A stretch of 51,158 nucleotides of DNA, from NCBI GenBank assembly GCA_018065645.1, contig JAGHSX010000132.1:1-51158 (forward strand). Direction: 5' to 3'. Numbering within the stretch: position 1 is the first letter of the stretch; the number at the start of each line of letters is the position of its first letter. The translations under genes were made by a program, and so were the position numbers. This document shows, piece by piece, positions 15,961-26,085 of this stretch. Source of the stretch: Candidatus Scybalousia scybalohippi (GTDB lineage: Bacteria; Bacteroidota; Bacteroidia; Bacteroidales; P3). A model generated the notes under the pieces. The model saw nothing but the letters and a program-made list of their open reading frames with translations. It was not told the DNA's origin and ran no database searches.

Positions 15961-16136
15961 AAGACGAACTACGATTTGTTTGTGTTCGTGTTGCAAAACT
16001 TGGGTATTATGGAGGTGACCCAGAAAAGGTTGCCGAGGCTTCTGTAACAAGCGTTATGGATGTTCTAGGATACGAAAAGTTTGAGGCAGAATATAAAGAG
16101 ACACAAAGGATTTTAAATGCCCCAGAAAATAGGTGA
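15562..16136 (+). CDS. tail assembly chaperone, -1 frameshift-extended form (GT-like, ~190 aa)
   Basis: Slippery heptamer T_TTT_TTC at 15882-15888 is in the zero frame of the upstream ORF (cct ttt ttc). The -1 frame continues as ...FFQTSPFTVRNP..., which equals ORF 15858..16136. Confidence 0.6.
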
Positions 16137-17559
16137 ATTGTTTGCAGAGATTAAGTTTAATGTAAACAAAGATGGTTTAAAAGAATTTACTTCTGAGATT
16201 GGTTCCTTAAAGTCTCAAATAAATCAATGTGTATCTTTATTAAACAAATTATCAGAATCGGCAAAAAATTTCAGCTCCGTTGTTTCTAAAATAAACAATT
16301 CTGCTGCCAAGGGTGAGGCTCAAAACAAACTATTTGGTATTAAGCTAGAAAGAGAAGAAATAAAGAACGCAGAAGCATATGCAAACTTTCTCAAAAAGAT
16401 TGCACAATGGAAAGAAATTATTTCAAGAACAGATGTAAGAGAGCGTTCCCAAAAACTTCGTGAGTTTAGAGAAGGGAGAATGTGGGCTTCAGAAGAACGC
16501 AGACGTGGTGGGTCTTCTGGTAAGGGTGGCCTATTAGGTGGCCTTGTTTCTGCTTTAATCCCTGGAATAGGTAGAATCGGTAGCATAACAGATGCTATTT
16601 TGGTGGCTGTAAAACAATTTAAGGCAGCCTGGGAAGAATCTGCAAAGAGAGAAGCATATAGATACCAAACGGGGCTAGATACAGCAAAATTAAAAGACTT
16701 GGAACAAAGAATGGCCAGGAGTGGATTTTCTTTGGGAAGACAAGATGTTCGTTCTTTTGTTGCTGGATTACAACAGAAGATGATAGACATTCGTTATGGC
16801 GGTGGAGATGTTTCTGCTTTCACGATGCTTGGTGTTTCTCCTTATGGGAAGGATGCATATCGTGTTATAAGGGACATTGGAGAAGCATTAAAGGGTGTTG
16901 ACGTATCTGTTGCTATAAATCGTTTGGCCGCACTTGGTGGTGGAAATGTAGATACATACAGAATGATTATGGGGCTTCAAAAGGGAAGTCTGTTCGGTAG
17001 GTATGCAGAATTAACAGGTCAAGAAGATGCAGAAAACTCTGCTGCATATGTTGCTTTAAAGGGTCTTTGGGATTCTGTAAAAGGGTTGTTTGCAAAAATA
17101 GCGGCTTTCTTTTCTCCGCTGTTAACCCCAATAATTAAGTTTGTGACAGCGATATTTGATGGCGTAAGTTCTATATTGACTGTTTTAAATTTTATAACAC
17201 AGGGCATTTCATATGCGGCTGGATTTATATGGGGGGCATTAAAGGGTGTAGCGTTTTATATTGGCGATGCAATAGCAAAGGTTGTTATTGGATTAAAAGA
17301 GATTTACAATGCACTTCCAGATTGGCTCAAGAGTGGGAATGATGGTTCTGTAACAGAGGGAGCAATGGAATATGCTACAAACCCAGCAAACTTTATTCCA
17401 ACAACAAGTACATCAAGTGGGGTGTTTAACCTTTCACCTGTATTTAATGGCTATTCTAAAAATGAAGCAATAAGCACAGTGGGTGGATTATTGAACCTTC
17501 CACAAATAAATGCTTTTAACAATGACTTTATGAGTGCTAGTGCGGCATCATTTAGATAA
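16117..17559 (+). CDS. tape measure protein
   Basis: 480 aa; coiled-coil N-terminal half, Gly-rich segment and hydrophobic helices (FFSPLLTPIIKFVTAIFDGV...); position after the chaperones. Confidence 0.8.
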   Translation: MPQKIGELFAEIKFNVNKDGLKEFTSEIGSLKSQINQCVSLLNKLSESAKNFSSVVSKINNSAAKGEAQNKLFGIKLEREEIKNAEAYANFLKKIAQWKEIISRTDVRERSQKLREFREGRMWASEERRRGGSSGKGGLLGGLVSALIPGIGRIGSITDAILVAVKQFKAAWEESAKREAYRYQTGLDTAKLKDLEQRMARSGFSLGRQDVRSFVAGLQQKMIDIRYGGGDVSAFTMLGVSPYGKDAYRVIRDIGEALKGVDVSVAINRLAALGGGNVDTYRMIMGLQKGSLFGRYAELTGQEDAENSAAYVALKGLWDSVKGLFAKIAAFFSPLLTPIIKFVTAIFDGVSSILTVLNFITQGISYAAGFIWGALKGVAFYIGDAIAKVVIGLKEIYNALPDWLKSGNDGSVTEGAMEYATNPANFIPTTSTSSGVFNLSPVFNGYSKNEAISTVGGLLNLPQINAFNNDFMSASAASFR

Positions 17560-17568
17560 GGAGTAATT

Positions 17569-18423
17569 ATGTCTATTTCTGATATTTCTCTTGGCAACAT
17601 AAAAAACCAATTTAACAAGGTTAAAAATCAATTAACAGAATACTTTTTTGAACCAGAAGATAATACTATTACCAATCTAAGACTAGATATTGTCGGCACA
17701 GAAACAATGTATATGTCTAACGAAATAACAGATTATTTTGTTGAGAACAATACAACATACCAAGACCAAATAGGCATAAAACCTGTTGTTTATACGATAA
17801 AGGGTGAGGTAGGTGAGCTTTCTTGGTATAAGAAAAATGAAGATAACAGTATAAGTGGTGCTGTTGCTCAAAAACTGACCCCTGTCGTTTCGTTTTTACC
17901 TTCCGTTTCCAGAACGATGTCAAAAATACAAGACAAGGCATTAAAGGTTGCTAACGTTGTGGATAGCTTGGATAATGTTTCATCTAGGTTGTTAAAGGCA
18001 ACATCATTCGAATACGTAGATGAAAACGGAAAAACACAGAGCCTTTACCCAACAAAACAACAGGACATATACAAATATCTTCGTTCTTTAAGGGACAGTA
18101 GAAAACCAATAAACGTCAAGACAGCGTGGGGAAACATCGGTGGTGTAAAAGATATTGGAAACCCAGACAAATATACTGGGTATGTAATACAAGATGTTAC
18201 TCTCGAACAAGGTAGTAGTGTTGATAAAACAAACATCTCAATAACTCTTAAAGAGTTTAGGACTACAACAACAAAGTATTCTGCTTTTGATGCTAAGTCT
18301 TTTTCTGATAGACTTGGTATACAAAAATCAGATGAAGAAAACGTCACTCTTTCTGCTTGGGAAGATGGAGAAAAGAAAGCACTAGAGTTAATGGGAATTG
18401 ATGCTAAAGAAGTGAGGTTTTAA
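17569..18423 (+). CDS. tail-tip/baseplate assembly protein
   Basis: ORF track; synteny after the tape measure. Confidence 0.4.
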   Translation: MSISDISLGNIKNQFNKVKNQLTEYFFEPEDNTITNLRLDIVGTETMYMSNEITDYFVENNTTYQDQIGIKPVVYTIKGEVGELSWYKKNEDNSISGAVAQKLTPVVSFLPSVSRTMSKIQDKALKVANVVDSLDNVSSRLLKATSFEYVDENGKTQSLYPTKQQDIYKYLRSLRDSRKPINVKTAWGNIGGVKDIGNPDKYTGYVIQDVTLEQGSSVDKTNISITLKEFRTTTTKYSAFDAKSFSDRLGIQKSDEENVTLSAWEDGEKKALELMGIDAKEVRF

Positions 18424-18761
18424 TGAGAATTATATCTTCTATTACAGAAAATCCATTTCAAACCTTTTATTTTTATACAGAAGAAGGTGAAGAAATAAAA
18501 TTTTCATTAAGATTTTTGCCAACACAAAAATCTTGGATATTAAATGTTGTTTGTGACAATATGAAGGTTGATGGGATTAAGGTTTGTCGTTCTGGTAATA
18601 TATTAGATAAATTCCATAACATTATAAATTTTGGCGTTGCTATATTAACGGAAAGTGGAGAAGACCCGTTCCAAATAACAGACTTTGCTGATGGAACGGC
18701 ACAGTTTTGTGTTCTTAACAGAGATGAACTAAAAGAAGTTACAGGGGCTTTAGATGGCTAA
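18423..18761 (+). CDS. baseplate/tail assembly protein (112 aa)
   Basis: ORF track; TAATG start-stop coupling. Confidence 0.4.
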   Translation: MRIISSITENPFQTFYFYTEEGEEIKFSLRFLPTQKSWILNVVCDNMKVDGIKVCRSGNILDKFHNIINFGVAILTESGEDPFQITDFADGTAQFCVLNRDELKEVTGALDG

Positions 18762-19656
18762 GAAAAACAGAATCTATCGTTTAACCGTCGGTCTACAAGA
18801 TGCCAAGGGGAACCCCATAGATAAAGCAATAATTATTACTAATCCGATAGGGATAAGTTTTAATGTAACAAGGGGCATATATGCACAAAGACAGCAACTT
18901 GATATAGATATATATAACCTAAATGATAGCAACAGAAGGGCTTTGTTTAGAGATGTTTTTAAGAATGGGGCTAACGAAGCAAACAACTTCTTAATTTGTG
19001 TATTAGAAGCTGGATATGAAGATTCTGGCATGTCTGTTGTTTTTGCTGGTTTTGTTTGGTCTTGTTACACAAAGAAAAATGGTGTAAACGCCGTTACACA
19101 CATTCAAGCAAACACCAACCTCGGTGAGCAATATGCGGCAATGAATGTCACTCTAAAAGAGGGTCAAACACTTACTGACATATATGAAGCGGCAATGAGG
19201 ACTTGCCCATATTATACAACTGGTAAGGCTTCAATACCGGATTATACATTTATAAGACCGGTTAGTATTGCAGATAATGCCTTTCGTATTTTAAGCACAT
19301 ATACAGGTAAAGATGTTTTCGTTGATTTAATGAAAGTGTATGTTCTTGGTCAGCAAGAGGCCGTTGAGGGATATGTCCCAAAAATTGATTTTGAAACTGG
19401 CTTGCTTGGTGCTCCAGAAAGACAAAACGGTGTTTTATCTGTAAATGTTATATTCGAACCAAGAATTGTTGTTGGACAGATAATAGAAATAAAATCTTCT
19501 GTTGCACCAGAGTTTAACGGTCAATACAAGGTGTTTGGTATAACACATCAAGGAGAGATAAACGATGCTGGTGGTGGTAGATTAACCACAAGACTTGATA
19601 TGCAGGTTGGAACACAAATTTATGGAGGGTTCAATGTCATCTCCCAATACAAATAA
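18754..19656 (+). CDS. baseplate hub-like protein
   Basis: 300 aa; synteny with Mu gp44 / P2 gpD / XkdQ-type position. Confidence 0.4.
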   Translation: MAKKNRIYRLTVGLQDAKGNPIDKAIIITNPIGISFNVTRGIYAQRQQLDIDIYNLNDSNRRALFRDVFKNGANEANNFLICVLEAGYEDSGMSVVFAGFVWSCYTKKNGVNAVTHIQANTNLGEQYAAMNVTLKEGQTLTDIYEAAMRTCPYYTTGKASIPDYTFIRPVSIADNAFRILSTYTGKDVFVDLMKVYVLGQQEAVEGYVPKIDFETGLLGAPERQNGVLSVNVIFEPRIVVGQIIEIKSSVAPEFNGQYKVFGITHQGEINDAGGGRLTTRLDMQVGTQIYGGFNVISQYK

Positions 19657-20278
19657 ATCTCTTTATGAGGTGTTAAGAGCATGGTTTGCTAATTTTTCTC
19701 AGACACTAAATTGTGTTAAGATTGGGGAAATTGTTTCATATAACAAGCAAGAACAAACAGCAACAATTAAGATTTTGCACAAAAACAAAGACCCTTTTGT
19801 TATTTCCAAAGAAGCGTTGGTAGATTATCCAATTCTTGAAAAGGTTCCGGTTGTCGTTTTTGGTGGAAGTCAAACATATATAGCACACAGCATTAACACA
19901 GGAGACCAATGTTTGCTTCTTTTTAGCGATTATATGATTGACCGTTGGTGGGCTACCGGAGCTACACAGCCATCAGATTTCCCAAGAAAACACGACATTT
20001 CAGATGCAATCGCTATCGTTGGTATGCACGCTCTTCCAAAAGCCATACAAAACATAAAAGATGGCATTGATTTGCATTATTCTGATAATTCGAGTATAGT
20101 AATTGGAGAAACAATAGAGGTTAAGAATCAACAAATTAAACTAGATGGTTCTGTTACAGCCACGGGTGCTTTAACCGCACCAACACTAAATGCAACCACC
20201 GCAGCAAGTGGTTCTTTTGTAACGGTAGATAACAAAACTGTCACTGTGGTAAATGGAATTATAACGAGTATAGCATAA
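19634..20278 (+). CDS. baseplate central spike-like protein
   Basis: Start trimmed to ATG 19634 (GGAGGG SD at 19625-19630); synteny. Confidence 0.4.
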   Translation: MSSPNTNKSLYEVLRAWFANFSQTLNCVKIGEIVSYNKQEQTATIKILHKNKDPFVISKEALVDYPILEKVPVVVFGGSQTYIAHSINTGDQCLLLFSDYMIDRWWATGATQPSDFPRKHDISDAIAIVGMHALPKAIQNIKDGIDLHYSDNSSIVIGETIEVKNQQIKLDGSVTATGALTAPTLNATTAASGSFVTVDNKTVTVVNGIITSIA

Positions 20279-20619
20279 TGAAATTTAGAACGTTAGATGG
20301 AAATTGGGATTGGAACTTTGGGTTGGGATTAGGAAACTATGCTGACAACTCAATAGCTGTTTCTTATGACTTAAAGAGTAAAATACTTTCTTGGTATGGT
20401 GATTGCTTCTTTGACACGACAGCTGGTATAGACTGGAAGAATTATCTTGGTTCTAAAAACAAAAAAGAACAAATAGATAAGGCTATAAAACAAATTGTTA
20501 TTTCAGAGCCAGATGTTGCAGAGCTTGTTTATTTTGACAGTACCATTGAAAACAGAACATATTTGTGTGACATTAAAGTAAAAACAATTTATGGTGAAAC
20601 TATTGAGGTGAAAATATGA
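20278..20619 (+). CDS. small baseplate wedge protein (gp25/W/XkdS-like)
   Basis: 113 aa immediately upstream of the Baseplate_J-like gene. Confidence 0.45.
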   Translation: MKFRTLDGNWDWNFGLGLGNYADNSIAVSYDLKSKILSWYGDCFFDTTAGIDWKNYLGSKNKKEQIDKAIKQIVISEPDVAELVYFDSTIENRTYLCDIKVKTIYGETIEVKI

Positions 20620-21809
20620 CAGATAAATTTGATTCAGATGGCTTACAAATTGCCACAAATAACGAAATCGTTGCCGACCTAGAAAGTTCTTTTAAGAACA
20701 TCTATGGGGCAGATATTAACCTTGACCAAAACTCACCAGATGGGCAGTTGTTAAACATCATTGCCCAAGGACAAACAGATGTTCGTGAATTGTTAATGCA
20801 GTTATACCAATCTTTTGACCCAGACCAAGCGAGTGGTCGTTTGTTGGATGAACGTTGTGCTATTAACAACATCTTCAGAAAGGGTGGTAATTTTACAACT
20901 GTTGACATTACCATTGTAACAGACAGAACCGTGACACTTCAGGGTGTTGATGATAATTACAACGACCCATTAGCCACTGGATATACAATTCAAGACAATG
21001 CTGGTAATCAGTTTGTCTTGGTTAATACACAAACATTAACTGCTGGTACAAATAGTGTTTTGTTTAGAGCCAAAGAATTGGGTGCGGTTGAAACAACAAT
21101 TGGGACAATTACAACCCCCGTTACGGTTGTCTTGGGTGTAATCTCTGTAAATAACCCAACAGACAGCACTCCGGGAGAAAATGAGGAAACTGATGCAGAA
21201 TTAAAAGTCAGACGTAGACAGTCGGTTTCTATCGGTTCTAGTGAGTATTTAAATGGGTTGTTAGCTTCTGTTTTACAATTAGATGGTGTAACTGATGCAG
21301 CACTATATGAGAACGTAACAAGCGAAGAAGACGACAACGGAACACCACCACACTGTATGTGGTTGGTTGTTGAGGGTGGTTCTTCTGCTGATATTGGTGA
21401 TTTAATCTATCGTAAAAAGAGTTATGGTTGTGATATGCGTGGGGATATTACATATAACATTGTTACACCGAGTGGTTTAACATTTGTTTCAAAGTGGGAT
21501 GAGCCAACAACCAAATCATTAAGAATGAAGTTCAACATTCAAAAGAAAGTTGCTTCTGCATCTTTTGATAAGGCGGCCATCGCACAAAAGATAGCAGAGT
21601 ATGTTTCGTTCAGAATTGGTGATGGTGCCGAAACAGCTTCTTTAACCACGATAGCACAAAGAGCCATTGATGAGCTTGGAGAAAGCGGGTATGCACTTGG
21701 TGTGTTGATTTCATCGGACAATGGAGCGAATTGGGTTGAATATGTAGCTCCTGCTGTCGCACAAAAGCTGGTTCTTTCGATAAGTGCATCTGATATAACG
21801 GTGTTATAG
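20616..21809 (+). CDS. baseplate J-like wedge protein
   Basis: 397 aa; NSPDGQLLNIIAQG...SGRLLDERCAINNIFRKGG resembles the Baseplate_J family N-terminal region. Confidence 0.7.
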   Translation: MTDKFDSDGLQIATNNEIVADLESSFKNIYGADINLDQNSPDGQLLNIIAQGQTDVRELLMQLYQSFDPDQASGRLLDERCAINNIFRKGGNFTTVDITIVTDRTVTLQGVDDNYNDPLATGYTIQDNAGNQFVLVNTQTLTAGTNSVLFRAKELGAVETTIGTITTPVTVVLGVISVNNPTDSTPGENEETDAELKVRRRQSVSIGSSEYLNGLLASVLQLDGVTDAALYENVTSEEDDNGTPPHCMWLVVEGGSSADIGDLIYRKKSYGCDMRGDITYNIVTPSGLTFVSKWDEPTTKSLRMKFNIQKKVASASFDKAAIAQKIAEYVSFRIGDGAETASLTTIAQRAIDELGESGYALGVLISSDNGANWVEYVAPAVAQKLVLSISASDITVL

Positions 21810-21818
21810 GAGATATAA

Positions 21819-22457
21819 ATGGCTGACTTCAATTATGCAGATTATCTTACAAACCTACTTATCTTGCAATATCATAATAAGCCAAGAGCCAAAGCCACAA
21901 TAAAGGCTTGCACAAAGTGGTTCCCAATAGATTTGATATTTGCTGTTAGAGATGGGTTTTCTATCGATACTGCAGTTGGCAAACAGTTGGATATTATAGG
22001 TAAATACATTGATGTAGACAGATACTATACAAACGCAAGTTCTCAACCGTCAACATTAAGTGACGATGACTTTAGAAAGTTGTTAAAGTTAAAAGCCATT
22101 GTCAATACTGGTTCTGGTACGGATTATGGTATTGACTCGGCACTCAGAGAAACATTCGGGTCTGATATACGTGCTGTCGATGATATTGATGCTAATGGGC
22201 ATCACACTATGAGTATGACATATTACATCAGAGACACACTACAAGATTTAGCATATGCTGCTATTCAAAAGGGTTGCTTGCCGAAGCCATTGGGGGTTCA
22301 ATTAAACAGCCCTGTGTTTGTAAGTGAAGAAGACTTGTTCGGGTTTGTTACATACACTGACCAGACACATCTGTTTAAGACTGGGTTTAAAGATTATGAA
22401 GACCGTGTTGATACAGATGGTGAGATGCTGACGTTTGACAGGGTAAGAGATTTATAA
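21819..22457 (+). CDS. baseplate/tail-fibre attachment protein (gpI/DUF2612-like)
   Basis: 212 aa after the J-like gene; LILQYHNKPRAKA motif recalled for DUF2612. Confidence 0.45.
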   Translation: MADFNYADYLTNLLILQYHNKPRAKATIKACTKWFPIDLIFAVRDGFSIDTAVGKQLDIIGKYIDVDRYYTNASSQPSTLSDDDFRKLLKLKAIVNTGSGTDYGIDSALRETFGSDIRAVDDIDANGHHTMSMTYYIRDTLQDLAYAAIQKGCLPKPLGVQLNSPVFVSEEDLFGFVTYTDQTHLFKTGFKDYEDRVDTDGEMLTFDRVRDL

Positions 22458-22480
22458 TATAATTTTGTAAGGAGATAATT

Positions 22481-23005
22481 ATGGCACGTTTAACTAGAGT
22501 ACATCAAAAGTTGTTTGCAGGACAAGCCACAAATAATGGTGTGTTTGGCTCTTTGCAAGCGGGTAATCCACAGACATCAACAAGTGTAGCGACATTACAG
22601 AGCTTACCGGCTTTTGAACAAGGTTGGGATAGTGCGGCATACTCTGGAGAAAAACTTCCACCTTTAGAAGAGTTCCAAGGTATCCAACACGCAATTAGCT
22701 ATCAACAATGTTATATGTTGCAAGAGGGTGTTCCTGAATGGGATGCAGACACAACATATTATAAGGGTGGATTTGTTAAGACAATTAGTGGCGTAAACTT
22801 TAAATTGTTTGCTTCTTTGACAGATAATAATCAAGGAAATGTTACCACAAACACAACCCACTGGAAAAAGATTATGGACAGTGAAGATTTGTATGTTTTA
22901 AACAGTGAAATGATTTCTTATATTTCTAACAAGTTCCAAACTGTAAATAGTCTTCCTCAAAACCCACAAACTGGAACATATTATTTTGTTAAGGAACAAC
23001 AATGA
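22481..23005 (+). CDS. tail fibre / distal baseplate protein
   Basis: ORF track; AAGGAG SD; position. Confidence 0.4.
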   Translation: MARLTRVHQKLFAGQATNNGVFGSLQAGNPQTSTSVATLQSLPAFEQGWDSAAYSGEKLPPLEEFQGIQHAISYQQCYMLQEGVPEWDADTTYYKGGFVKTISGVNFKLFASLTDNNQGNVTTNTTHWKKIMDSEDLYVLNSEMISYISNKFQTVNSLPQNPQTGTYYFVKEQQ

Positions 23006-23682
23006 GCTTAAAAATAGACAACGACAACATAATAGATATCTTTTCTAAAGATAAAAAGATTGCTCGTGTCTATGACGGGAATCAGCTTGTTTGGGGATAC
23101 CATCCTGGAGAGGTTATTTTTGAGTCTTCAACACCAGGAACATACCAAGTAAAAATAAAATGTAATTGCAAAATAAGGGTAATTTTGGTTGGTGCTGGAG
23201 GTGGTGCTGCTTCTTGGGGTGGGTACTATTCAAATAACTATACCTGGAACTCGTCTGGTGGGGGTGGTTCTGGTGCTTATATTGATGGTGTTTTGTCTGT
23301 TTTAAGCGGGACATACAACGCAGTTGTTGGTGTTGGTGGAAATTATTTTAGGGATGATGGGATTGGTTCTCACTTTGGGTATGCTGGAGACGGCAGCTCT
23401 TCTTCTTTTGTTGGAAATATAGCGGGGGGTGGAAAGGGAGGTTTTGCTGCTAATACTGCTATTGGCGGAACTGGTGGTATATACCAATCTGATTTGGTTG
23501 GGGTTAATGGTGAAGATGGCTCTGGAATGGAACACGTTGTTAGTTGGGGTTCATATCCAATACAAAATATAGACGGTGGTTCTTCTAAATATGGTGGTTA
23601 TGGTTATGGTGGTTATATAAACGACCGAACAATGAATAATGCTGTTGGGGGTAATGGTTATATAAAAATAGTTGCGGTATAA
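23002..23682 (+). CDS. glycine-rich tail-fibre-associated protein
   Basis: GAGGGAASWGG, SSGGGGSGAY, GGGKGGF, GGTGG, GGYGYGGY and GGNGYIKIV motifs. Confidence 0.5.
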   Translation: MSLKIDNDNIIDIFSKDKKIARVYDGNQLVWGYHPGEVIFESSTPGTYQVKIKCNCKIRVILVGAGGGAASWGGYYSNNYTWNSSGGGGSGAYIDGVLSVLSGTYNAVVGVGGNYFRDDGIGSHFGYAGDGSSSSFVGNIAGGGKGGFAANTAIGGTGGIYQSDLVGVNGEDGSGMEHVVSWGSYPIQNIDGGSSKYGGYGYGGYINDRTMNNAVGGNGYIKIVAV

Positions 23683-23683
23683 T

Positions 23684-23712
23684 TTGCAAAGTTAAAACAA
23701 AAATGATAAGAT
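23684..23712 (+). promoter_or_regulatory. possible internal promoter TTGCAA-17-TAAGAT (TGn)
   Basis: ttgcaa-agttaaaacaaaaatga-taagat. Confidence 0.3.
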
Positions 23713-23733
23713 ATAAATAAAGGAGAAAATATT

Positions 23734-24033
23734 ATGGCACAAGTAGCATTTATTAAAGTGACAAGCGACTGGGAAACTTTGGAAGATTTAATCTCCGAAG
23801 CTACTGGAGAAACTTTTACATTTGATGCAACCAAAACATATCAAATTGAATGTCGTGGTTCTAGCAATGTGTATTTAATTGAACCAGATTTTGAATTGCA
23901 AGATGATTTTTCTGGTGGTGTTATGTTGGATAACACTGGAAAGAAGTTGTTGAAATACAAGAAGGGGAGCTATGATTTGTATGTTCGTGCAGACTTAGCA
24001 TCTTTCTTAAACATTACTGTATTAGGAGAATAA
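23734..24033 (+). CDS. hypothetical structural protein (99 aa)
   Basis: ORF track; AAGGAG SD. Confidence 0.5.
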   Translation: MAQVAFIKVTSDWETLEDLISEATGETFTFDATKTYQIECRGSSNVYLIEPDFELQDDFSGGVMLDNTGKKLLKYKKGSYDLYVRADLASFLNITVLGE

Positions 24034-24034
24034 T

Positions 24035-24676
24035 ATGTCAGATAATATCGTTTATATGGGCACCGCCCAAGACATCCAAACTGTTGGGAGCGAAATCGCC
24101 AAGATAAACGGTGTTCTCCCCGTTGGTAATGAAGTAACTCTTACTGGTGCTAATATCAATGCAACGGTTGATGGAGAGGTTGACAGCATTACAGACCACT
24201 TAAACACAATTAAAGAAGATTTGGGTGATTTGGGTACACAGGTTGCCACTATTGAAGGTAAAATCCCAGATAGTGCTTCAACCACAAACCAATTAGCAAC
24301 TGCTTCTGATATTAGTGGTATTACATCAAAAATCCCAAGTGGTGCTTCATCTTCTAATAAACTAGCTACAGCTTCTGATATTGCTAATTTCTTGGACAAA
24401 ACAAGCACAGAAGAACAAACATTATCTGGTAATCTAGCGATTGAAGCAGACTTATCTGTTATGGGCGACGCCATCTTTGAAACAGCTAATCCTATCTGTC
24501 AAGGAACAGAAACCTATGGAAACTTAGACGATGGTGCTTTGGTAACGAAAGCCAATGTTGAAAGTCGTGTAAGTGGTATCCTGCCAGAATACCCAAGTGA
24601 AGATGGAACTTATGTATTGAAGTTCGTTCTTGATGGTGGAGTTGGCTCATTAAGTTGGGTAAAAGAGGAGGCTTAG
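24035..24676 (+). CDS. tail fibre protein (short)
   Basis: Internal repeats SASTTNQLATASDISG / GASSSNKLATASDIAN. The C-terminal EDGTYVLKFVLDGGVGSLSWV motif is shared with ORF 32491..32691. Confidence 0.5.
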   Translation: MSDNIVYMGTAQDIQTVGSEIAKINGVLPVGNEVTLTGANINATVDGEVDSITDHLNTIKEDLGDLGTQVATIEGKIPDSASTTNQLATASDISGITSKIPSGASSSNKLATASDIANFLDKTSTEEQTLSGNLAIEADLSVMGDAIFETANPICQGTETYGNLDDGALVTKANVESRVSGILPEYPSEDGTYVLKFVLDGGVGSLSWVKEEA

Positions 24677-24677
24677 T

Positions 24678-24935
24678 ATGTGCAGACCATACGTTGAAAT
24701 GATTTTAAAACACATAAAGAGTTTTGTGTTTGTTGGTGGTATGATTGTTGCTTTAGTTGTATTTTTGGCGACATTAAATCCACGAATTACATCATTAGAA
24801 AATCGTATGGAAGCTGTGGAACAAAAAGTTCTCGCCAATGAGAAAGAGTTCTCAATGAACTTTGCTCGGCTAGAAAGTTTGATGTTATCCGTTCAAACTG
24901 ATTTACAATTACTTAAACAAAAACTCTTAAAATAA
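24678..24935 (+). CDS. lysis-cassette membrane protein: N-terminal TM plus coiled coil (holin-like or i-spanin-like)
   Basis: GAGGAGG SD; FVFVGGMIVALVVFLATL TM segment followed by a heptad-like region. Confidence 0.4.
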   Translation: MCRPYVEMILKHIKSFVFVGGMIVALVVFLATLNPRITSLENRMEAVEQKVLANEKEFSMNFARLESLMLSVQTDLQLLKQKLLK

Positions 24936-24945
24936 GGAGGTAAAT

Positions 24946-25098
24946 ATGAAAAAATTATGGGAATATATGAAGGCTCACAAAAAACAAACAGCAACAGCTG
25001 GTGTTTTTATTGTTTGTGCTATTTGGTATGTCATTGTTGGACAAAATATTGACCCTCAACCATTGATTGATAAGGTTTGCACTATTATTGGGTGCTAA
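24946..25098 (+). CDS. 50-aa single-TM protein (holin candidate)
   Basis: Hand translation MKKLWEYMKAHKKQTATAGVFIVCAIWYVIVGQNIDPQPLIDKVCTIIGC; AAGGAGG SD at 24934-24940; its stop abuts the next ATG; below the ORF-track cutoff. Confidence 0.45.
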   Translation: MKKLWEYMKAHKKQTATAGVFIVCAIWYVIVGQNIDPQPLIDKVCTIIGC

Positions 25099-25650
25099 AT
25101 GAGATATTTAATATCTATCTTATTTGCTTGTTGGCAGAGTATATGGAGGCGGTGGAAAGGCACTGCTAGTGATGAGCATTGGTATAATGCTAAATGGGTT
25201 AAGGTTGTATGTAATATAATTTTAACTTATTCTGTGTTATTCTTATTGGATTATCATTGGCTTCAATCTCTTATTGCTACTGCTTGCTTCCAGTTCTTAT
25301 TTTGGACACAAGCGATAGGGGGAGCTCTGGACATTGGTAGGGATTATCCACCATCAGAAGAAACGATTAAACGCTATAAGAAGAAGTTTTGGAATAAATG
25401 GTGTGAATTCATTGTTCCAGAAAAAGCGTGGTATGGATATTTCTATGACTTTCTATGGATGTTCTTTAGATATGAATTGCCAGCTGTTCTGGTGGCTTTA
25501 ATACTTTGGAATCCATTTTTCTTGTTGGCTGGTCTAACATCTGCTTTATCGTATGCTATAGCTTGGGCTTTATATGAAAAGAAAGGTATAGACCCATCTT
25601 ATGCAGAATATGGCTCTGGATTTTTTGCTGGATTACTTCTAACGCTGTGA
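25099..25650 (+). CDS. polytopic membrane protein (183 aa; holin or unknown envelope function)
   Basis: At least 4 hydrophobic segments; immediately upstream of the endolysin. Confidence 0.45.
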   Translation: MRYLISILFACWQSIWRRWKGTASDEHWYNAKWVKVVCNIILTYSVLFLLDYHWLQSLIATACFQFLFWTQAIGGALDIGRDYPPSEETIKRYKKKFWNKWCEFIVPEKAWYGYFYDFLWMFFRYELPAVLVALILWNPFFLLAGLTSALSYAIAWALYEKKGIDPSYAEYGSGFFAGLLLTL

Positions 25651-25656
25651 GGTAAT

Positions 25657-26085
25657 ATGATAGATACACTTATTAGAAAATGGGAAGGTTGCCGACTTGT
25701 TGCTTATAAATGTTCAGCAGGTAAATGGACTATTGGGTGGGGGTCAACCAATTATGCTGATGGAAAATCAGTAAGAGAAGGGGATGAAATAAGCCAAGAT
25801 TTAGCTGATGCTTTATTGATAAATTATATTCAAAAGAATATCTATCCTGTATTTGATAAAATACCATATAAATTAACAGAAGACCAAAAGGGTGCTATAG
25901 CAAGTTTATGTTATAATGTAGGTGTTCCTGCTTTCTTAAAAAGTAAATGTTTTAAAGCTATTTGCGAAAAAGACTATGGTTCTATTGTAAAAAATTGGGA
26001 CTGGAATAAAGCTAATGGAAAAGTTATTAAAGGACTTGTAAAGCGTAGGATTGAAGAATTATATAATTTTACGAAGGATATTTAA
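25657..26085 (+). CDS. endolysin, T4/lambda-type lysozyme (GH24)
   Basis: KWEGCRLVAYKCSAGKWTIGWG gives the E-x8-C-x5-T catalytic spacing of the phage lysozyme family. 142 aa with no cell-wall-binding domain. Confidence 0.85.
   Translation: MIDTLIRKWEGCRLVAYKCSAGKWTIGWGSTNYADGKSVREGDEISQDLADALLINYIQKNIYPVFDKIPYKLTEDQKGAIASLCYNVGVPAFLKSKCFKAICEKDYGSIVKNWDWNKANGKVIKGLVKRRIEELYNFTKDI

Noticed and set aside
16320-16790. 156-aa minus-strand ORF inside the tape measure gene; similar antisense ORFs at 24052..24474, 21008..21337, 26099..26530, 28557..29030 and 39506..39901
   Set aside because: All lie entirely within well-supported genes on the opposite strand, lack SD sites and break the operon logic.
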